The notes below the pieces were generated by a model that made no database searches, was not told the DNA's origin, and was given only the letters and a program-made list of their open reading frames with translations. 64,000 bases of DNA from Leptolyngbyaceae cyanobacterium (GTDB taxonomy: Bacteria; Cyanobacteriota; Cyanobacteriia; Phormidesmidales; Phormidesmidaceae), in contig JBHJHA010000008.1 in NCBI GenBank assembly GCA_050331235.1, forward strand, positions 20,581 through 84,580. The letters run 5' to 3'. A program made the translations under genes and the position numbers. Below, one piece after another: positions 52,012-61,681 of this stretch; within the stretch, counting starts at the first letter, position 1; every line of letters starts with the position of its first letter.

Positions 52012-53028
52012 TCATGAACGCGCCCATACTTTGATCTCGCCGTTCCAGTCGCCACTGATGACAGTGCGATTGTCGGGGGCAAACACCACCGACCAAACCC
52101 ACCCAGAATGGTCACCCAAGATGCTGACCAAACGACCGCTGTCAATGTGCCAAATCCGCACGGTTTTGTCGCTGCTGGCTGTTGCGAGTAGCTGACCGTC
52201 AGGACTAAAAGTAATACTGTCAACCGCGGCTGAGTGAGCCTTGAATGTTGTGATGCATCGGCCGCTATTCAGCTTCCAAAAACTGACTAAGCCATCGGCC
52301 CCAGCGGTTGCCAGTAGCCAGTTGTTCGGACTGGTTGCCAGAGAGTTGATCTCGGTTGCGTGCCCGGCCAATACGTGATTGGTGCCTTGGCGACGCAAGC
52401 GATGAATGCGCACTTTCTGATCTTGTCCACCACTGACTAAGGTGCTGCCGTCGGGGCTAATAGCGAGCGATCGCACCCAATGTTGATGGCCAGTGATGGT
52501 TTTTACACAGCGACCTGAGCTCAATTGCCAGACCCGAATGGTTTTGTCTTGGCCACCGCTAAACAAATACTGGCCATCGGGACTAAAAATGACTGCGCGT
52601 ACCCAGTCAGTGTGTCCTGACAGGACCGTAACCAGGGAGCGCGATCGCACATCCCAAATCCGAATCGAGTTGTCATTGGCAGCGCTTGCGAGCCAGCGCC
52701 CGTCGGGGCTAAAGACCACACAACGAATCCAGCCTTCATGGCCGGTTAAGAACGATAAACAATCACCCTGGGGCAGTCGCCAAAGGCCGACTTGCTTGTC
52801 ACCGCTCCCACTGGCGAGACAGTTACCGTCAGGGCTGATCGCAATAGACCGGACCCAATTCCGATGTCCTCGCAGCGTTTGTTGGCAATGCCAACCGTCA
52901 CTGGCAGACACTTCAGGGTGTAGGGCGTCAGAAAGATTAGTGCCCGAGGACCGCGAAGTCACCCATCCGCCTTGAGGAGCGTGTTGACATCGTGGATTGT
53001 GAGACAACATCATCATCGTTGGGATCAC
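52012..53028 (-). CDS. WD40 repeat protein (7 blades; start uncertain)
   Basis: Repeated GH..WV.SV.FSPDG..LASGS.D..IR.W units. Confidence 0.93.
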   Translation of the reverse strand: MIPTMMMLSHNPRCQHAPQGGWVTSRSSGTNLSDALHPEVSASDGWHCQQTLRGHRNWVRSIAISPDGNCLASGSGDKQVGLWRLPQGDCLSFLTGHEGWIRCVVFSPDGRWLASAANDNSIRIWDVRSRSLVTVLSGHTDWVRAVIFSPDGQYLFSGGQDKTIRVWQLSSGRCVKTITGHQHWVRSLAISPDGSTLVSGGQDQKVRIHRLRRQGTNHVLAGHATEINSLATSPNNWLLATAGADGLVSFWKLNSGRCITTFKAHSAAVDSITFSPDGQLLATASSDKTVRIWHIDSGRLVSILGDHSGWVWSVVFAPDNRTVISGDWNGEIKVWARS

Positions 53029-53520
53029 AATTACAGCATCGAAAATCTGGACACATCCTCACTGGCCAGCCCGCAAAAGCCGTGTTATACCAACTCTCTG
53101 TAATACCGCTACAGATTTGAAGATCCCCCACTGTCGCTGCCCCCTTGAAAAAGGGGCTTTGAAGAATCTCTGGGTAGTCGTGATTCGCAGAAATAGTATT
53201 AGTAGACGATGGCTGACCTCGGTAAAAAACTACACATTTCAGCGTGACATTCCGTAAATTTTCTAATGAACCGCCCGTAGGGTACGGCGAAAAGTAACGC
53301 CCGTTGCCGCTGCTAGGCTGATTGCAAAATCTGGTTTGGGAAAGAACTCGGGTGGCAACGCTGGCTAAGAAACCGACCTTTGTCTCACATTACGCCACCA
53401 ACAATGACGATCCCCGGCGGGCGCTATAGCAGTGGCGTACCTCCCCCCTTGATAAGGTTGAAGGGGGCTCAGATCTCGCGATTGCCATTGCCACCCACCC
53501 TCGAGCGTGTGTTTGACTCG

Positions 53521-53757
53521 CTAGATTTCATTGAGGACCGGGATCAAATACAAGGCAATAAAGGCTTTTGCGGCATTGGGATCGAGATGATTGAGCGATC
53601 GCACAATTTCGACGATGGTCTCACCGGTCGGGTCGGTGCGCTCATGGACCCAGCGATAAACAACCGTCCGTTCCATACCCATGGTGACAGCCAGCTTATT
53701 TTGGCTAATGGCGTAGGTTTCTAAGGTTTCTTTGAGGGCGCGCCCGGCTCTTCCCAT
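53521..53757 (-). CDS. XRE/Cro-type HTH regulator
   Basis: MGRAGRALKETLETYAISQNKLAVTMGMERTVVYRWVHERTDP. Confidence 0.85.
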   Translation of the reverse strand: MGRAGRALKETLETYAISQNKLAVTMGMERTVVYRWVHERTDPTGETIVEIVRSLNHLDPNAAKAFIALYLIPVLNEI

Positions 53758-53813
53758 GCAGCTTGACTCTTCACCATAAGGTCGACTCAACAATTCTTTG
53801 TGGGGTGGATTGT

Positions 53814-54317
53814 CTAAGTGCCCAGCAGCCAATCCATAAACCGACTAAACGACTGCTTAATTTGCTCCCGACGTCGCCATTTTTCAAAGCTGCGGCGATA
53901 CTGCTGCTGGTTCGGCCAGTAGGTTTGCCACGCCTGTAGAGTCAGCCCTGCCCCCCAAAACAAAAAGATATACAACGCCCAAGAAAGCGTACCAGCGGTC
54001 ATGCCGTTTAAGGCAAACAGCACCAAATTGATTACAGCAAACCGGACTAAATGACCTTGAAACCGCTGGCGTTGATACTGGTTAAACGCCTGCATTTCGC
54101 TACTTTCGCGCTGTTGCAGCGCCCACTGCTGCTCCGCTTCAACAAGGGTGGTGGTCGAAATGCCCAGTTCCTCAGCGATTTCTAGCAGCTGGAGGCGGGT
54201 CATCTCGCCCTCTTCTGTCTGGCGGGCGATCGCAATCTGCAAGATTGCCTGGGCTGCTTCAGCTTGATAGACCGCTGGCTGATCTGGATTGGAAGGGACC
54301 GTCGTCGATTCAGACAT
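53814..54317 (-). CDS. 2TM domain protein
   Basis: AQAILQIAIARQ...LLEIAEELGI N-domain; two TM helices with WALYIFLFWG. Confidence 0.8.
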   Translation of the reverse strand: MSESTTVPSNPDQPAVYQAEAAQAILQIAIARQTEEGEMTRLQLLEIAEELGISTTTLVEAEQQWALQQRESSEMQAFNQYQRQRFQGHLVRFAVINLVLFALNGMTAGTLSWALYIFLFWGAGLTLQAWQTYWPNQQQYRRSFEKWRRREQIKQSFSRFMDWLLGT

Positions 54318-54589
54318 GCGGATAGACTAAGCGAAATCCTGTGATGCTTCTGTCTCTGTTATAGAAAATTTTGCTGGACATTGGGGGCGTCGTGGCGTTT
54401 TTCCGAGTAACAGATAAGTCGCGATCGCCGCCCCATCACAGAGTCAACCACGCTTCCCCCTGGCTGGGGCTAAAGATGAGGCAGAGCTCAGCCAACTAGG
54501 TCAGGATCGCTAGGGTGGCTAGTAAGAGCAGCTGCTGGGAAGTCCGAACCGTTGTTTAGACTGTGTCCAGTCGTCATTATCGAAAAAAA

Positions 54590-54976
54590 ATGGACATACA
54601 GCGAATTTCATCCGGCAGCCCTTGGGAAGCTAAAGTTGGCTACTGTCGGGCACTGAAGGTAGGCTCGCAGATCCTGATTTCTGGAACGGCCCCTTCAGAT
54701 GGTCAGGGGGGAACCTTTGCCCCGGGCGACCCCTACGCGCAGACAATGCGCTGCTTTGAGATCATGCGATCAGCGTTGCAGGAGTTGGGAGCCGATTTGT
54801 CACATATCGTCCGTACCCGATTGTACGTGACCGATTTTGCCCACTGGGAGTCCTATGCCCGGGCTCATCAAGAGCTATTCGGTGAGCATCCTCCAGTGAG
54901 CTGCATGGTAGAAATCAAAGGGCTGATCAACCCCGACATGCTGATCGAAGTTGAAGCGGAGGCGATCGCGCCTTGA
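54590..54976 (+). CDS. RidA/YjgF family protein
   Basis: SSGSPWEAKVGYCRA, IVRTRLYVTD, LIEVEAEA. Confidence 0.9.
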   Translation: MDIQRISSGSPWEAKVGYCRALKVGSQILISGTAPSDGQGGTFAPGDPYAQTMRCFEIMRSALQELGADLSHIVRTRLYVTDFAHWESYARAHQELFGEHPPVSCMVEIKGLINPDMLIEVEAEAIAP

Positions 54977-55052
54977 CTGCTCCTACAGTCAGTACTCCTA
55001 CCATCAGTAATAGACAGGCACTCGTGGGGCAGTCTCAGGGCCCAACCGAGAG

Positions 55053-55538
55053 CTAAATTCGGCAGCGTCCCGCAGCAGCATCGCACTGCAAACGAGCCTT
55101 GCGCTCAGCCACCAGCGTCTTGAGGCTTGGCCGCCCCGTTACCCTGAGGCGCAAATCAGCCCAGAGGTCATAGAGCAGGTCGACGATTGGGCTAATAATC
55201 GGCCAGCGGGTGGGGGCGTACATCCATCCTATGCCCAAAATGCTGTAGATACGACGAAAGACCTCTACGTTTTTGATGATGGTACCGTCGGGCAGCAGCG
55301 CATGAATGCGGCCCATGGCCGTCTCAAAGTCAATGTCACCGTGCTCCGCTGGAGTGTAGCTATCGTCGGCAATATCAACGAACTTGACTAAGCCACGGCC
55401 GGCATCTTTTGCCTGTAAAAAATTGACTTCCCTCATACAGAGTGGGCAGTCGCCATCGTAGAGCAACTTGATTTGCCAATTGTCCGCTTGTTCCGGCTCT
55501 GAGGCTATCGGACGATCGCTAGGGGAGACAGAAGTCAT
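55053..55538 (-). CDS. DCC1-like thiol-disulfide oxidoreductase (DUF393)
   Basis: LLYDGDCPLCMREV. Confidence 0.9.
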   Translation of the reverse strand: MTSVSPSDRPIASEPEQADNWQIKLLYDGDCPLCMREVNFLQAKDAGRGLVKFVDIADDSYTPAEHGDIDFETAMGRIHALLPDGTIIKNVEVFRRIYSILGIGWMYAPTRWPIISPIVDLLYDLWADLRLRVTGRPSLKTLVAERKARLQCDAAAGRCRI

Positions 55539-55725
55539 AACGTTGATTGCAACCAGGTCTAGGGAGGTATTCTTATTTTAAGAAATATTGCGATCGCTGG
55601 GAACGTGAACCTTAAATTCATCCCAGTCGTCTCTATGCGAGTCTGTCATGCTGATTGCGTCAGCTGCGAGTATGGAAAGCGCAAGGGATCATGGCAGACT
55701 AAACACTATGTGACTGATTTGTTGA

Positions 55726-56613
55726 TTGAGCCAACCTATGCCCATTGTGACCCGGGAAGAAAATGAAGCTATTTTGACAGCGCTTCTACAGGGAGGGGGG
55801 CAAGCTCGCCAAGCGGCTTCGGCATCCTTTGAGGTCTTTGAGAAAGGTCGTGAAGACTATGTGACGACCGTCGATCAAGCCCTTGATGAATATTTCACTC
55901 AGACCTTTGCTCGGGAGTTTCCGTCGGATGGCGTCATTACAGAAGAAAATCAAGACTCGGCTGCGGCCTTCCAGCAGCAGTGTCAGCGGCTATGGTTGAT
56001 TGATCCCATCGACGGGACCGAAGATTTCATCAATCGGGGCCAACATTATTCGGTGATGGTTGGGCTGTTGGCTGCTGAGCAGCCGAGGGCGGGTTGGGTC
56101 TACGCCCCCGCCCAAGGGCGATTGTATTGGGGCGGGGCTGACTGGGGGCTCTTTCAGCAAGATAGTCAGGGCAATCAAATCGCTTTAGAACCCCGGATGC
56201 CAGCGTTGGGTGAAACTGTGACGATGTTATTGGGCGATCGCGACCAGCGCCGGTTTGGTACCGCGATCGCCCAACGTTCTCCAAAGCTGGTGTTTGATGC
56301 GATCGGTAGCTTTGGGCTGAAAGTTTTGGAGGTTATCAAGGGCCAAGCAGGTCTCTATGTCTATCTCAATGGCCGGGTCAAGCTTTGGGATACGACTGGG
56401 CCATTAGCTCTGGCAGCGGCAGCGGGGTTAGTGATTTGCGATCTTGATGGTCAGCCCATTCGCTTTGATCCTAACAGCATTTATCCGCAGACCTTAATTC
56501 ATCGGCAGCCCATTGTGGTCGGTTGGCCTCAATATATAGAGGCGTTTGCACCTGCCATCCGCCAGGCCGTTATTGACGTTCGCCAACAAGAACTCGGGCT
56601 CCTCTCAAGCTGA
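55726..56613 (+). CDS. CysQ/inositol monophosphatase family protein
   Basis: DYVTTVD, ITEE, WLIDPIDGT, WDT. Confidence 0.9.
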   Translation: MSQPMPIVTREENEAILTALLQGGGQARQAASASFEVFEKGREDYVTTVDQALDEYFTQTFAREFPSDGVITEENQDSAAAFQQQCQRLWLIDPIDGTEDFINRGQHYSVMVGLLAAEQPRAGWVYAPAQGRLYWGGADWGLFQQDSQGNQIALEPRMPALGETVTMLLGDRDQRRFGTAIAQRSPKLVFDAIGSFGLKVLEVIKGQAGLYVYLNGRVKLWDTTGPLALAAAAGLVICDLDGQPIRFDPNSIYPQTLIHRQPIVVGWPQYIEAFAPAIRQAVIDVRQQELGLLSS

Positions 56614-56792
56614 GTTCTTGGCGGTGGGTTTAATAGCTCACAGGATGCCTTTATGACATGGTGATGGATATTGCTGAGGGTTTGTGGGTAGTATGGGTGC
56701 AAGTTTATCGCCGTTCAGCTGCGATCGCACCTGATATCGCACGGCATTGGTCGTTTTTCTCCTGTTGATGTAGCCCCATTATCTTTACTCCC

Positions 56793-57476
56793 ATGCAGCC
56801 AGAAGCCTTTAGTGAGCTTTTTCCCCTCTTCGAGATTGCTAGTCCTGAAACTGTCGAATGGCTCCTATCAGTATCGACCCAGCATGAATACCCCGCCGAA
56901 AGAGCCGTCTTGATGGAAGATGCATGGGGTAATGCGGTCTACTTCATTGAGTCCGGTTGGGTAAAGGTACGTCGCCATGCCGGTGACAGTGCCGTAACGT
57001 TAGCCGTTTTAGGTCCAGGAGACTTCTTTGGCGAGATGGCCATTTTAGACGAGTCCCCGCGCTCTACCGACGTGGTGGCCTTAGCTCCGGTCAAGCTACT
57101 AAGTGTGTCTGCCCAGCGCTTTATTCAAACCTTGTTTAAGGATTCTCAACTCCACCACCGCATGTTGCAGTTAATGGTGCAGCGCCTGCGGCTGACTAAC
57201 TTTCGCTTTCAGCTGCGTAATCAGCCTCCAGCGGTCAAGCTGGCCAATACCTTAGCTGCACTAAGTGAGGCCTATGGCCAACAGAGCGATGATGGAATGC
57301 TGATTTTCAACATACCTGCGGATGATTTGGCGGATTTGGCCGACATTTCAGAAGACGAAGCCAGCAAGATCATGGACAAGCTCATTGAAAAGGGCTGGAT
57401 TAAAGTCAACCCTGACGAGGGCAATATTTTGTTGACCAATGTCAAACAATTGAGTCAGCTCGCGGGCAAGGGCTAG
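56793..57476 (+). CDS. Crp/Fnr family transcriptional regulator
   Basis: VYFIESGWVKV, GDFFGEMAILDESPRSTDV, C-terminal HTH. Confidence 0.9.
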   Translation: MQPEAFSELFPLFEIASPETVEWLLSVSTQHEYPAERAVLMEDAWGNAVYFIESGWVKVRRHAGDSAVTLAVLGPGDFFGEMAILDESPRSTDVVALAPVKLLSVSAQRFIQTLFKDSQLHHRMLQLMVQRLRLTNFRFQLRNQPPAVKLANTLAALSEAYGQQSDDGMLIFNIPADDLADLADISEDEASKIMDKLIEKGWIKVNPDEGNILLTNVKQLSQLAGKG

Positions 57477-57787
57477 TTTTGACGAGGCCGGTGGGTTCAG
57501 GGTGGGCCACCAGATTGCAGACATTTGTAACGAGCACTGTAGCGTTCGATTACAGCTCCAGCAACCCTCGCAGAAACCCATGTTACGGTGAACCTAACTC
57601 ATTCCTGAATGGGGCTATCCAGCGGTCCTTTGCTGCTAGCAGGGCGATCGCTTGCCGATAAGCCGGCATTAAGTCATAGGCTATGCCGATCTGACCAACA
57701 GCAGTCTTTGGCCGTTGCTGGCTCAGGTTTACGACATGGTTACCGCTCCGTTCGGGGACTGGTTACTGATATCTAAAGGAGCGCATC

Positions 57788-58273
57788 ATGGACCTCCAAG
57801 TTCCACCTCCACCTTCTATTTCGCCTCGGCAGCTAAATTTAATGCGGGTTGTAGCCTCAATGGCATGGAGTGACGGCAACCTGGCCGAGGAAGAAGTTGA
57901 GTTAATGCTCAAGCGCTTTAGCAGCTTGTTCGCCAGCAAGCCCGAAAGGCAATCTGAACTGCAAAAAGAGCTCCGCGACTACCTAATGCAAAACATTCCC
58001 TTAGAAGAGTCCGTGCCGCATTTGCAGTCTCAGGCCGAGCAGGAGTTTGTCCTGCGTGTAGGATATGAAGTGATCAGTAGCAGTTCCCGCACGCCAGAGG
58101 AAGCGCCCATTAACGCTGAAGAGGCGAGTGCCTACAATCGTTTAGTAACTCTGCTGAATCTGCCTCCAGAAAGGGTGCAGCAATTAGAAGAAGAAGCGAA
58201 ATCTGCTGACCCGGCTGATTCTCTGGTAGAGAGCATGACCCAGCAATTGCAGCAGTTTTTTGGTCAAAATTAA
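57788..58273 (+). CDS. TerB-like protein
   Basis: LMRVVASMAWSDGNLAEEE...INAEE; AAGGAG ribosome-binding site upstream. Confidence 0.8.
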   Translation: MDLQVPPPPSISPRQLNLMRVVASMAWSDGNLAEEEVELMLKRFSSLFASKPERQSELQKELRDYLMQNIPLEESVPHLQSQAEQEFVLRVGYEVISSSSRTPEEAPINAEEASAYNRLVTLLNLPPERVQQLEEEAKSADPADSLVESMTQQLQQFFGQN

Positions 58274-59496
58274 ACGGATCGCACAACCAGGATGTAGCAG
58301 CAGTGGGGGGCCTTGGTAATTTGTGCCCTCCTATTGCCGATTTTGGCCAGCCGTCTAATCGCGATTCATAGTAGTGTTTTGCCAGTTAGATTGTTGGGTC
58401 GATGGGCTGTGGGCTGATTGATGTGTCCATTTGCTTGTCGGGCTGTCCTTGCAGGCTTGGGCATGTCACGGGTTGGCCAAAGGACGAACGCGGCGCAGCA
58501 GGAAGCGCTCAAGTGAATGTCAACTCAGTGAGAGCAACGGACCCTGAGGTGAGACGTAAACAGTTGACTGGAACTTTGGCTGCGGAGACTGCGATCGCGT
58601 CGGTGGTCGGCAGAGTTCTCTGGTCGGTAAGCTGATCTCAATATTGCAAAACGGTGGGACCGATTGGTCTCCTCCGCGATCGTTGCCCTTTGACCAAGCG
58701 GTGCTGTCCACTCTTTCCACGTTACTAGTGGAACTCAGGGGGCGCTGGCCGCCGAATCGAAGGCTCATCATTTTCAGGGAACAAATATTCACCGTAGCCC
58801 TTTGACCATGGTCCTTGTCGCAATCCTTTCCACGAACTGATGAGAGCAGATATCGTTTGCACCTAGTTCGCGAACTCCTGTGAAGGCTTCATCATGTCCT
58901 TAAAATTTCTTGGTTAGGGACGGTTATGATCAGGGTGATAGCGCAATGTTACCGATTCGGTATATTGGTCTCAACTGGCCATAATTGTCACCACTCTATA
59001 TGGCCGTTCAGTAAGCCGTCGAAAAGGGTAGCATTCTATCTAAATGGAGAAGATCTGCCTCAAGTTCTTGTGTAGTCTAGCCTAAAAGCCTTCATAGCAA
59101 GCCGCTTAAACGATTGACTAACTAGAACGTTCTCCGTACCGGTTCAGTAGATACATCTGATTCCCGTAACAAGAGTGACGGCTATTTTGTCAACCCCGAT
59201 CGCGCTGAATTGGCCCCGTTGAAGTTTAAAGAGTTCAAGAACTTTTAGTGGTTTCCACTGACTTTTGCAGATGTCTGCTGTAGAAAGGGGGTAATGGAGT
59301 CCTATTTTTCTGATTTAGAAACTGGATCGCTTATTGTTTGGTTACAGGGGCGACTCCTTCTGATACGGATAGCAGAAGAGGATAGGCCGTTTTGCTAGCG
59401 GGTCAAAGTTGATTACAGCAGGTTGAGAAGTTCATGTGCGACGCATGTGTATGTTTCAATACCAACCTCTCCTTAAAAAGCTAGGTTTATACAAGT

Positions 59497-60330
59497 ATGG
59501 CAAGTAAAAAAGCATCTCCGCTCCGCGAATCCTTTCAAAAGGCTGTTTTGACTTCTCAGGCAAGGCAGCTTTTAGCTTATGAGAAAGATTCGCTATCCAA
59601 ACGGATTGAAATTTTGGATGTTGGTATTGATAACCTTGGGGGTGATGAGTTCCTAAGCCGCTTAAACAAAGGTGTCGTGTTTACGCCAAATGTTGACCAT
59701 TTGATGCGTTTGCGTAAGGACCCGGAGTTTGTGAACGCCTATGATGCGGCTGACTATAGGGTTTGCGACAGTCAGATTCTGATGTATGCGTCTAAGTTTC
59801 TGGGGACGCCCTTCCGAGCAAAAATCTCTGGCTCAGATTTGTTTCCGATGTTTTGCGAGCACCATCGCTACAATCCCGATATCAAAATCTTTTTACTAGG
59901 GGGAGCTGAGGGTGTTCCCCAACGGGCGCAAAGCCGAATCAATCAGCGGATAGGCCGAGAGATTATTGTGGCTGCTCATTCTCCTTCCTTTGGTTTTGAA
60001 AAAGATGAGGCTGAATGTCAGCGCCTTATTGAAATGATCAAGCAGTCTCCGGCCAATGTCTTGATCGTGGGTGTGGGTGCTCCTAAGCAGGAGAAATGGA
60101 TTGCTAAGTACCGCGATCAGCTCCCTAATATCGATATTTTTATGGGGGTTGGCGCAGCGATCGACTTTGAAGCGGGCAATAAGCCGCGATCGCCCAAATG
60201 GATGAGTGAAGCCGGTTTGGAATGGCTTTATCGTCTGGCGTCAGAACCACGGCGGCTCTGGAAGCGTTACCTGCTGCAAGATTTACCGTTTTTGTGGCTG
60301 CTGATTAAGCAGAAAATTAAAGCGTCTTAG
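59497..60330 (+). CDS. WecB/TagA/CpsF family glycosyltransferase
   Basis: VFTPNVDH, ISGSDLF, VGVGAPKQEKW, GLEWLYRLASEPRRLWKRY. Confidence 0.93.
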   Translation: MASKKASPLRESFQKAVLTSQARQLLAYEKDSLSKRIEILDVGIDNLGGDEFLSRLNKGVVFTPNVDHLMRLRKDPEFVNAYDAADYRVCDSQILMYASKFLGTPFRAKISGSDLFPMFCEHHRYNPDIKIFLLGGAEGVPQRAQSRINQRIGREIIVAAHSPSFGFEKDEAECQRLIEMIKQSPANVLIVGVGAPKQEKWIAKYRDQLPNIDIFMGVGAAIDFEAGNKPRSPKWMSEAGLEWLYRLASEPRRLWKRYLLQDLPFLWLLIKQKIKAS

Positions 60331-61435
60331 TCTCCCAAATGCCTAGTTTGAGCGGTCAAGCTTTGTTTTGATGAAGCTTGACCGCTCGTTTTGCCATGGA
60401 TGCTGCTGGCGAAATCGCTCGGTAACAGTCGGCGATCGCGATTCACCCCTTGCCCTAAGTAAGAGTCCCCCGTAACCGCAATAGATTCTAAATTTGCTGC
60501 TCCCTAACCCAGCAACATAATTGTGGTGTCCGCTTGTGTAAACGCCTGGCTTCTGGCTGTATCTAGGAGACAAGTTTTCCAGACCAAGAATGAACGCTCT
60601 GCCAAGGGGATAAAGTGCTGCCTATGGCTAAGCCAGATTCTTCGGTGCCGACTTGATAGTAGTGTTTGTTTGCCGATCGGCTTGTGGTTTCACGTATAGA
60701 AATATTGCAAAAGGTCCCCGTATTGGCTCGCCTACCCTCCAAAATTTGCGGCCTGAGGCTGGGTGGCCGCTCCACCATAGGATACTCGAGAGGGTTCTTA
60801 ACAAACATGTAAACCGTGAGAACACGGGAGAAAGTTTAAACCTTACATAACCCGGCTTTTATGTTCACAGAGTACATTTACTATGTAAATCTATGGAATC
60901 TATTGAGAACAAAGAGACAGCTTGGGTGTCGCCGAGCTCCTTGTCCAGCCAGAGAGCAGTGATGGAAAGGAGCGGAGAGGGCGATCGCTATCCCAAACAT
61001 CAATTCTTTAGTTCGAAAATCGACAACAAATGCCAGGCTAAGAAAGCTTTGCCCTGCCAACTCGCTTTAGGCCTAAAATTTTTAAGTGCGATAATTGAGA
61101 CTTTACACTACTAATAATTAGCTGGTCTTGTCGATTTTTACTTGGTTAAAGTAGATCGATGTTTCTTCGCATAAAAGAACTCTCTATGGCTTTACTTAAA
61201 GATTGCCTTAAGATTAAAAAATCTTAGAAGCACGAAAACCCTAGTTGGATATTAAGCACTAAAATATAGTAGCTAAATTTTAGATTTTAGCGAATAAATG
61301 CCTAGAATTGAACGTATCAGCCTATTTATGGCCTGTCAAGGTGATAGGCATTAAGATTTTATCCACACAAAAGTATACGTCTTCTACGAAAGGCTGTGTT
61401 GTCGAGGTGGTCGGAATTTTTTTATTCATTGGAAA

Positions 61436-61465
61436 ATTAACCCTCATTTAAACTTCACATATTCG
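61436..61465 (+). promoter_or_regulatory. Pho-box-like (SphR) direct repeats
   Basis: ATTAACCC-tca-TTTAAACT-tca-CATATTCG at 11-bp spacing, similar to PyTTAAPyPy(T/A); ~220 nt upstream of the phosphatase-like ORF. Confidence 0.5.
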
Positions 61466-61681
61466 TGAAATAACCGTGAAGCCGTAAAACTCTATACGGA
61501 ACGAGTGTGAGTGCTGGATGATTTTTGCCTGAGAAGAAGATTAATTTTGTTCCTCCTTGGGCGGATTTTGATTGGCATGCAATCGATTGGTTTTGAGTTT
61601 GTGACTCGTTGCGGTGATTTAGAAGGGCGGCCCAACCCGAATTCGCGACGGGGCACAACGGTTATTAAACAGGATGAAACA

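Noticed and set aside
53140..53470. Two CCCCCTT...AAGGGG hairpins (about 53140-53157 and 53443-53467)
   Set aside because: Short and degenerate; may be terminators or remnants of a dispersed repeat, not an array
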